64,000 nucleotides of DNA from Acidimicrobiia bacterium (GTDB taxonomy: Bacteria > Actinomycetota > Acidimicrobiia > Spongiisociales > UBA5794): the NCBI GenBank assembly GCA_036985855.1, contig BTQL01000003.1, forward strand, positions 18,967 through 82,966. Reading direction: 5' to 3'. Below the pieces are notes generated by a model that was given only the letters and a program-made list of their open reading frames with translations, was not told the origin of the DNA and made no database searches. The translations under genes were made by a program, and so were the position numbers. Numbering within the stretch: the stretch's first letter is position 1; each line of letters starts with the position of its first letter. Positions 56,961 through 64,000 of the stretch are shown one piece after another.

Positions 56961-59900
56961 ATGACCGACACAACGGGCGACAAGACGCCTGCATCATCCG
57001 TCGTTGATCGGGTCGTTGCCTCTATTCCAGCTGATATGCCGGACGAGCAGCGTGCGCTCATGGAGCCATTCGCCCGCATGTATCTACGCCGTCTCCCCGA
57101 GGTTGACCTTCCCGACGTCACGCCGGACCAACTCCTTGCCGAGATCTGCGACCTGCTCGAGTTCGTGAGTATCAGGCCGTCGGGCGACAGCAAGATCAGA
57201 GTGTTCAAACCACAGGGTGAACATTGTGGTTACACGACGCCCGGATCTGTCGTGCAGATCGTCTCAGACGACCGCACGTTCCTCGTCGACTCTGTCACTG
57301 CTGCTGTGTCGACCGCTGACGCAAATGTCGTACGGCATCTTCACCCCCTCATCGGCACCGTGCGCGATGACCAGGGGAAGTTGACGAGCATCACCAAGGC
57401 GCGCGGAGCGAGCAGACGCGAGTCTGTGCAGCATTTCGAACTCGACCGGGGACTCACCGACGAGGCCTCGGCAACGCTCGAGGCGACGATTTGTAATACG
57501 CTCGAGGACATCTCCAAGGTCGTGACCGACTTCGACCCTATGCGCGGGATCGTTGAAACGATGATCAAAACCGCCAAATCGAGCGTTCACCACTACTCGT
57601 TCGAGGAGATCTCAGAGACAGTTGCGTTCCTCGAGTGGCTGCTCGAGGACAACTTCGTATTCCTCGGATATCGCCAGTACAACATTGAAGACCAAGGCAA
57701 GGGCCCCTCCATTCTGGCCGACGTCTCAACAGGGCTCGGGATACTGCGAGATCCGAAGTCCGAACCGAAGGCAGTCCCCCTTGCAGATCTTCCGCCCCAT
57801 CTTCAGGAGCGGTACGTCGCTGGTGACCTGATGGTCATCTCGAAGACGAACCGGCACTCTTCCGTTCATCGTGATGCACGTATGGACTACGTCGGAGTTC
57901 GGCGCATCGGTGCCGATGGATCGATGGTCGCTGAGCTGCGTCTGCTCGGGCTGTATACCTCAAAGGCGTACCTCGGCACCGCGAGCGATATTCCCGTGCT
58001 TCGCCGAAAACTCAGCGACATTCTCGCCGCCCAGGACGTCATCGAAGGCTCCCACGACTACAAGGCCATCGTTGCGCTGTTCGAGACGTTCCCGAAGGAC
58101 GAACTGTTCGCGATGGATGTCGAGGTGATCGGGGAGACCATCAGCGAGCTCCTCGAAACCGAGGAAGGTCAGACGACCCGGCTCATCGTCCAAAGAGACA
58201 CTCTGAACCGATCGGTCAGCGTTCTCGTGTCCGTGGCAAGGGACCGCTTCAACGCGAATCTTCGTATGCAGCTCCAGGAGATGTTTCTTGATGTTTTCGG
58301 CGGAGATGCGATCGACTACAGGCTGGCCCTCGGTGAGTCCGGTGACGCCCGGATGCACTTCACGGTATGGACGGATGAGGGTGCTCGTGTCGATGTTGAT
58401 CTGTCCGAGCTCGAGCAGCGGGTTGTCGCGCTGTCTCGCAACTGGCACGACCGTGTCATCGAGGAGCTCCTCGGTCGCGTGAGCGACTCGGAGGCCCGCC
58501 GGCTTGCCGACTTCTGGTCGGATAAGTTCCCTGATTACTACAAGGACGCAACCGGAGTCGATATCGCAGCGGGCGACGTCATCAACGTCGATCGCTTGTC
58601 CCGGCTGGACACCGATGTCATCGTACGACTGCAGAACGAACAGCAGGACAGCAACCCTCCGGGCGTTCTCGATCCGCTCACTCGAGTTACCGTTTACCGG
58701 TCTGCCGGGAAGTTCAACCTGTCAGAGATGATGCCCCACATCGAAAACCTCGGCCTGACTGTGGTCGAAGAGGTACCGACCAGACTCAGCGACGAGGCTG
58801 GAACGTTCATCCATGACTTCGGAGTGCTCACGGTGGGCGGCGAGGAACTGGACATCGAATTGACCGGGGACAGAATCGGTCGAGCGATTGAAGCTGCACT
58901 TGTCGGAGACATCGAGTCTGACTCGTTGCACCGACTGCTTGTCTCGACAGATCTCGATCATGAGGAACTCATGATCCTGCGGGCATACCGCAGCTATTGG
59001 CAGCTCGTCACGCCGTCGTTCTCGATCGGGTACGTAGACAACGCCCTGGCGACCCAGCCTCGAATCGCCGAGGACCTCGTGCGGCTCTTTTTCGTAAGGC
59101 TGGGTTCTGAAAGCGACGCTGCCACTGAAGAGGTGATACGCGACCGGATCCTCTCTGCGCTTGACGACGTGGACTCACTTGACGAGGACCGCATTCTCCG
59201 GGGATTCCTCGGACTCATCCTCGCAACAGAGCGGTCGAACATATGTGTTGAGGGCCGACAGTCCCTCGCACTGAAGTTTCGGTCTGACAGCGTTCCCGAG
59301 ATGCCGGATCCGAAGCCTCTCTACGAGATCTTCGTATACGCGAGGGGTGTGGAGGGTGTTCATCTGCGTGGCGGCATGGTCGCTCGCGGCGGTATTCGGT
59401 GGTCGGATCGCATGGAGGACTATCGCACCGAGGTGCTCGGCCTCATGAAGGCACAGATGACCAAGAACGCCGTCATCGTGCCGACGGGGGCAAAGGGCGG
59501 ATTCGTGATCAAAATGTCTGCGGAGGGGGGTCGTCCAACCTACGAAGAGGTCAAGAAAGGATATCAAGTATTCATTCGCGGACTCCTCGACGTGACAGAC
59601 AACTTCATAGATGGGGCAGCTGTTCCTCCGACTGACGTTGTCCGCCACGACGGTGACGATCCGTACTTCGTTGTCGCCGCAGACAAAGGAACCGCTTCCT
59701 TCTCGGATACGGCGAACGATATCGCCCGCGGCTACGGGTTCTGGCTCGACGATGCGTTCGCCTCAGGCGGTTCTGCCGGGTACGACCACAAGGCCCTCGG
59801 TATCACAGCCCGAGGTGCTTGGGAATCCGTGCGTAGACACTTCCTCGATCTCGGCGTGAACGTTGACGAAGACGAGATCACTGCTGTCGGTATCGGGGAT

Positions 59901-61757
59901 ATGTCAGGCGACGTGTTCGGGAACGGAATGCTGATGTCGAAGCATCTGAAACTCGTCGCAGCCTTCGACCACCGGCACATCTTCATCGACCCGAATCCTG
60001 AACCTGAAGCTTCGTGGATAGAGCGTGATCGTCTTGCTGGTCTGAGTCGTTCGAGCTGGCTCAACTACAACACCGACGTGATGAGCCGCGGCGGCGGGAT
60101 TTTCGACAGAGCTTCCAAGAGTGTCACCCTGACTCCCCAGATCCGGTTGCTGCTCGACACCGACATCGAGGAGCTCACCCCGAACGCGCTCATTCGTCTG
60201 GTCCTCAAGGCTTCGGTGGATCTGCTTTGGAACGGTGGGATAGGGACGTACGTCAAGGCAAGAAGCGAGTCTGATGATGTCGTCCAGGACCGCTCCAACG
60301 ATGCTGTGAGGGTAAACGGCCGCGACCTTCGTTGCAGGGTCATCGGTGAAGGTGGCAACCTGGGCTGCACCCAACGTGGACGTGTCGAATACGAGCGACG
60401 CGGTGGCCGTGTTTTCGCCGACTTCATCGATAACTCTGGTGGTGTGCATGCCTCCGACCGTGAAGTCAATCTCAAGATCCTCTTGGGCATCTCTGAAGCG
60501 AAGGGTCAGATCAGCCGTTCACAGCGTGACGAGATTATCGGTTCTGTTGCTGAGGACGTTGTCGAGTTCATTCTGTATGACAACTTCCTCCAGGCCCAGA
60601 TCATCTCCCAGGAGGCGATGTCCTCACACCGCAGGATTGAGGCGTACATGGACCTCATGGATCGGCTCGAGCGCGAGGGGATTCTCGACCGAGAACTCGA
60701 GTTCCTGCCGGGTAACGAGGAGATGGCTCAGCGATCTCGTGAGGGCAAGTCGATGGCCAGTCCAGAGATCGCCGTTCTGCTCGCCTACGCGAAGCGGAGC
60801 CTGACCGAGCACATCTTGCAGTCGAGCCTTCCGGACGATCCTCACTTCGAGTCGGATTTACTCGAGTATTTCCCTTCTGCGATCGCGGAGCGGTTCGCGG
60901 ACGATATCGCGGTACACCCTCTCCGACGTGAGCTCATCTCGACGATTGTTGCGAATCAGGTCCTCAATTCACAGGGAAGCACGTTCTACTCCCGGATGCG
61001 AACCGTAACTGGCGCATCCGCCGCGATGATCGTGCGAGCGTACAGAGTTGCCCGTGCCGTTACCGGCGCCCAGCTGCGGTGGACCGACATCGAAGCGCTA
61101 GCCGGTCAGATCGGTTCTGTCGTAGCGAACCGTATGATGCAGGACGTCGACGACCTTGTCTCGTTTGTTGCCCGTTGGTATCTCATCCATCCGAACGGAC
61201 GTTCTATCGACGAAGAGATCGATGCGGCCGCAGACGACTTCGCGGCGCTCTCCGATGGATTCCCCGACATGCCTTCGGTTGCCTGGCATGAGCCATATCA
61301 GGCTGTCGTATCAGAGTTCGAAGCGGCAGGCGTCCCCCACGAACTCGCCGTGCGGCATGCATATCAGCGTGCACTCAGAAGGGGGCCCGACATCGTCGAT
61401 ATCGCTCACCGGTTCGAGTTCGACATACTCGAGATCGCTTCCCTGTCTACCGAGGCAAGTCAGGTATTCCGAATCGGTTGGCTCGAGCGGCAGGTCAGGA
61501 GGCTGCCGGGCACGACGGCATTCGACCGTTTGGCGATCGAGGCGGTGAGGGATGACCTTCAGAGTCTGCGTCGGGATGTTGTCTCGAGGGTGCTCGAAGA
61601 AACCGGCGGCTCGATAGACGACTTCATTGCATCCCATGAGCGGCTCATGCCGAGGCTCGCCCGCTGGCACTTGTGGCTCACGCGGGATGGCATCCAGGAC
61701 GTGTCTGCCGCGATGATCGCGACGCGTAGGTTGCACCAGTTGCTCGTCGGAAGATGA
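56961..61757 (+). CDS. gdhB: Large NAD-specific glutamate dehydrogenase (GDH2 type)
   Basis: [76 protein letters not shown]. Confidence 0.95.
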   Translation: MTDTTGDKTPASSVVDRVVASIPADMPDEQRALMEPFARMYLRRLPEVDLPDVTPDQLLAEICDLLEFVSIRPSGDSKIRVFKPQGEHCGYTTPGSVVQIVSDDRTFLVDSVTAAVSTADANVVRHLHPLIGTVRDDQGKLTSITKARGASRRESVQHFELDRGLTDEASATLEATICNTLEDISKVVTDFDPMRGIVETMIKTAKSSVHHYSFEEISETVAFLEWLLEDNFVFLGYRQYNIEDQGKGPSILADVSTGLGILRDPKSEPKAVPLADLPPHLQERYVAGDLMVISKTNRHSSVHRDARMDYVGVRRIGADGSMVAELRLLGLYTSKAYLGTASDIPVLRRKLSDILAAQDVIEGSHDYKAIVALFETFPKDELFAMDVEVIGETISELLETEEGQTTRLIVQRDTLNRSVSVLVSVARDRFNANLRMQLQEMFLDVFGGDAIDYRLALGESGDARMHFTVWTDEGARVDVDLSELEQRVVALSRNWHDRVIEELLGRVSDSEARRLADFWSDKFPDYYKDATGVDIAAGDVINVDRLSRLDTDVIVRLQNEQQDSNPPGVLDPLTRVTVYRSAGKFNLSEMMPHIENLGLTVVEEVPTRLSDEAGTFIHDFGVLTVGGEELDIELTGDRIGRAIEAALVGDIESDSLHRLLVSTDLDHEELMILRAYRSYWQLVTPSFSIGYVDNALATQPRIAEDLVRLFFVRLGSESDAATEEVIRDRILSALDDVDSLDEDRILRGFLGLILATERSNICVEGRQSLALKFRSDSVPEMPDPKPLYEIFVYARGVEGVHLRGGMVARGGIRWSDRMEDYRTEVLGLMKAQMTKNAVIVPTGAKGGFVIKMSAEGGRPTYEEVKKGYQVFIRGLLDVTDNFIDGAAVPPTDVVRHDGDDPYFVVAADKGTASFSDTANDIARGYGFWLDDAFASGGSAGYDHKALGITARGAWESVRRHFLDLGVNVDEDEITAVGIGDMSGDVFGNGMLMSKHLKLVAAFDHRHIFIDPNPEPEASWIERDRLAGLSRSSWLNYNTDVMSRGGGIFDRASKSVTLTPQIRLLLDTDIEELTPNALIRLVLKASVDLLWNGGIGTYVKARSESDDVVQDRSNDAVRVNGRDLRCRVIGEGGNLGCTQRGRVEYERRGGRVFADFIDNSGGVHASDREVNLKILLGISEAKGQISRSQRDEIIGSVAEDVVEFILYDNFLQAQIISQEAMSSHRRIEAYMDLMDRLEREGILDRELEFLPGNEEMAQRSREGKSMASPEIAVLLAYAKRSLTEHILQSSLPDDPHFESDLLEYFPSAIAERFADDIAVHPLRRELISTIVANQVLNSQGSTFYSRMRTVTGASAAMIVRAYRVARAVTGAQLRWTDIEALAGQIGSVVANRMMQDVDDLVSFVARWYLIHPNGRSIDEEIDAAADDFAALSDGFPDMPSVAWHEPYQAVVSEFEAAGVPHELAVRHAYQRALRRGPDIVDIAHRFEFDILEIASLSTEASQVFRIGWLERQVRRLPGTTAFDRLAIEAVRDDLQSLRRDVVSRVLEETGGSIDDFIASHERLMPRLARWHLWLTRDGIQDVSAAMIATRRLHQLLVGR

Positions 61758-61783
61758 TCGCGTTTCGCTGACAGCTCCTGCCC

Positions 61784-61812
61784 TAGACAAACGAACGTTC
61801 GTTTGTTACGCT
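61784..61812 (+). promoter_or_regulatory. paa operon promoter with palindromic operator (PaaR-type)
   Basis: TAGACA-N17-TACGCT; perfect 20-bp palindrome ACAAACGAAC|GTTCGTTTGT at 61787-61806. Confidence 0.75.
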
Positions 61813-61848
61813 GACGATCCCAACGATCGAAGACCGGAGAGGTGCCGC

Positions 61849-62805
61849 GTGGACGGGCGCAACGAACACAAGAGGCGACAAGAGACCTTCGACGCCATCA
61901 TCGCGGCAGATCAGAAGATCGAACCAAGAGACTGGATGCCGGACGGATACCGCAGGATGGTGATCCGCCAGATGGCACAGCATGCACATTCAGAGGTCAT
62001 AGGGATGCAACCAGAGGCCAACTGGATCACACGGGCACCAACACTCCTGCGGAAGGCGATCCTGATAGCAAAGGTGCAAGACGAGGCAGGGCATGGACTC
62101 TACCTCTACTCGGCGACCGAAACACTTGGCGTATCGAGGGACGAGCTCCAGGTACTTCTCCACACAGGCAAGCAGAAATACTCATCCATATTCAACTACC
62201 CGACGCTGAGCTGGGCCGATATCGGTGCGATCGGTTGGCTCGTCGATGGAGCCGCAATCGTCAACCAGATCGTGCTCCAGGGCACTTCGTATGGTCCGTA
62301 CAGCCGTGCAATGGTCAAGATTTGCAAGGAAGAGAGCTTCCACGCGCGCCAGGGCTACAGCATCATGATGACCCTCGCCGCTGGATCGGAAACACAGAAG
62401 TCGATGTGTCAGGACGCCCTCGATCGCTGGTGGTGGCCTTCGCTCATGATGTTCGGACCGCATGACTCCGAGTCCGCCAACACGGCGGAGTCGATGGCAT
62501 GGAGGATCAAACGCAAGTCCAATGACGAAATGCGCCAGATGTTCATCGACCAAACGGTGCCCCAAGCGCGGTATCTCGGCATGACGATCCCGGATCCAGA
62601 GCTCGTGTTCGACGAAGAGACGAACCACTGGAGCATCGGCGAGATCAACTGGGATGAGTTCTGGGCGACGATCAATGGAGATGGCCGCCTCAATCGTGAG
62701 CGTATTGATCACAAGGTCAAGGCGTGGGATGACGGTGCATGGGTTCGCGCCGGCGCGACCGCATATGCAGCCAAACAAGGCAAGTCAGTCGACAAGAGTG
62801 CCTGA
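61849..62805 (+). CDS. paaA: Phenylacetyl-CoA epoxidase subunit A
   Basis: [39 protein letters not shown]. Confidence 0.97.
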   Translation: MDGRNEHKRRQETFDAIIAADQKIEPRDWMPDGYRRMVIRQMAQHAHSEVIGMQPEANWITRAPTLLRKAILIAKVQDEAGHGLYLYSATETLGVSRDELQVLLHTGKQKYSSIFNYPTLSWADIGAIGWLVDGAAIVNQIVLQGTSYGPYSRAMVKICKEESFHARQGYSIMMTLAAGSETQKSMCQDALDRWWWPSLMMFGPHDSESANTAESMAWRIKRKSNDEMRQMFIDQTVPQARYLGMTIPDPELVFDEETNHWSIGEINWDEFWATINGDGRLNRERIDHKVKAWDDGAWVRAGATAYAAKQGKSVDKSA

Positions 62806-62816
62806 GGAGCAGTCTC

Positions 62817-63158
62817 ATGAGTTATGAAGTACCCGTTGCCCCAGGCGACGAGTCCCAGGACATCCAATTCGGCGGAGGTACCGACCACGGTTCTCCGTTG
62901 TGGGAAGTGTTCGTCCGAGCCAGGAGGGGTTTGAACCACACGCATGTCGGTTCGCTGCATGCGCCGGATGCGGAGACCGCGATTCAGAACGCCCGTGATG
63001 GTTATACGCGTCGCGCAGAAGGGGTAAGTCTCTGGGTTGTACCTTCGATTGAGATCGTGGCATCCGACGATGCCGATTCCATGTTCGAACCCTTTGAGCA
63101 CGTGCCGTACCGGCATCCAACCTTCTACGACATTCCCGATGAGGTCGGACGGCTGTGA
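62817..63158 (+). CDS. paaB: Phenylacetyl-CoA epoxidase subunit B
   Basis: LWEVFVR...GL.H.HVGSLHAPD, ARD.YTRR.EG.S.WVV, YRHPTFY. Confidence 0.96.
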   Translation: MSYEVPVAPGDESQDIQFGGGTDHGSPLWEVFVRARRGLNHTHVGSLHAPDAETAIQNARDGYTRRAEGVSLWVVPSIEIVASDDADSMFEPFEHVPYRHPTFYDIPDEVGRL

Positions 63159-63922
63159 ACATGGTCACGACGCAGAATCCCCTGGCCACCTACATCGTCC
63201 GTCATGCTGATGACAACGTGGTGCTTGGCCAGCGTCTCGCTGAATACGTTTCGCGGGCCCCCGAGCTCGAAGAAGATCTCGCCGTGTCCAACCTTGCGCT
63301 CGATCACATAGGCGTCGCAGACCACATGTTCACCTATGCCGCAAAGGTGGAAGGCGGAGATGCCAGTGGGGATGTACTTGTCATGTTCCGATCGGAGCGG
63401 GAGTACACGAACGTGCTTCTCGTTGAACAACCGCAGCACGGTTTCGACGATGTGATGGCACGCCAGTTCCTGTTCGACGCCTATCAGCTCCCACTCTGGG
63501 AGGCACTCTCGAATTCTACCGACGACACTATCGCCGGCATCGCACAACGGGCTGCCAAGGAAGCAACGTACCACCTGAGGCACTCATCCGGCTGGGTGAT
63601 TCGCCTCGGTGACGGGACAGACGAGAGTCACGAGCGTATGCAGAATGCGATCGATCGTATGTGGCGATTCACATCCGAGATGTTCGAAGCCGACGACCTC
63701 GACCGGCGTACAACGTCTGAGGGAGTCGGTGCCGATCCTTCGACGCTGAGGGAATCATGGGCGTCGAAGGTCGATGCCGTGCTCGAGCAAGCAACGCTCA
63801 CTCGCCCGGAGGATTCGTTCCAGACATCCGGCGGGAGAACAGGCATACACACCGAGCATCTCGGTCCGATGCTTGCTGAGATGCAATGGCTACAAAGGGC
63901 CAACCCCGGACTGGCATGGTGA
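63155..63922 (+). CDS. paaC: Phenylacetyl-CoA epoxidase subunit C
   Basis: ADD...LGQRL, AP.LEED.A..N..LD, KE..YH, RLGDGT.ES, HTEHLG..L.EMQ. Confidence 0.96.
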   Translation: MNMVTTQNPLATYIVRHADDNVVLGQRLAEYVSRAPELEEDLAVSNLALDHIGVADHMFTYAAKVEGGDASGDVLVMFRSEREYTNVLLVEQPQHGFDDVMARQFLFDAYQLPLWEALSNSTDDTIAGIAQRAAKEATYHLRHSSGWVIRLGDGTDESHERMQNAIDRMWRFTSEMFEADDLDRRTTSEGVGADPSTLRESWASKVDAVLEQATLTRPEDSFQTSGGRTGIHTEHLGPMLAEMQWLQRANPGLAW

Positions 63923-64000
63923 TCACAGGGGCGACGCGCATCGAGCGGGTGCGGTCGTTACTCGACCACGTTGTCGACCCAGACATGCCATTCTTGACGA
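63916..64000 (+). CDS. paaD: Phenylacetyl-CoA epoxidase subunit D, partial (runs off the window)
   Basis: MVITGATRIERVRSLLDHVVDPDMPFLT resembles V.DPE.P.LT; overlaps the paaC stop; expected gene order. Confidence 0.8.
   Translation, partial: MVITGATRIERVRSLLDHVVDPDMPFLT

Noticed and set aside
1-64000. Prophage, IS, integron, CRISPR, tRNA or rRNA
   Set aside because: I recognised no integrase, transposase or structural genes, repeat-spacer arrays, cloverleaf or rRNA signatures, and composition appears uniform by eye.

Overview
High-GC chromosomal window of mostly housekeeping genes. It is most consistent with an Actinomycetota genome, probably Acidimicrobiia-like (inferred from mycobacterial-type egtB/egtD, an F420-dependent Ddn-family gene, a large NAD-GDH, an actinobacterial LexA box and pervasive TANNNT-leaderless gene starts). 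About 55 CDS are supported, covering peptidases, ion channels and transporters, ergothioneine synthesis (egtB-egtD), amino-acid and central metabolism (tryptophanase, NAD-GDH, malic enzyme, SSADH, a large single-chain PFOR), a UvrD-family helicase and the start of a paaABCD operon. I saw no rRNA, tRNA, CRISPR array, transposase or integrase. The most interesting signals are non-coding or active-site level: (1) a ~160-nt structured RNA candidate with its own promoter and terminator at ~36.27-36.43 kb; (2) a sigma28-type promoter driving a ~120-nt RNA candidate at ~21.56-21.68 kb; (3) a stand-alone infA whose best start is a non-canonical ATC; (4) a pseudo-histidine kinase with H-box His changed to Tyr; (5) a HisA paralog with the catalytic Asp changed to Asn; (6) dispersed degenerate 7-bp tandem repeats; and (7) an unannotated 52-aa membrane protein. 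All family calls come from motif recognition by eye; no database searches were run.
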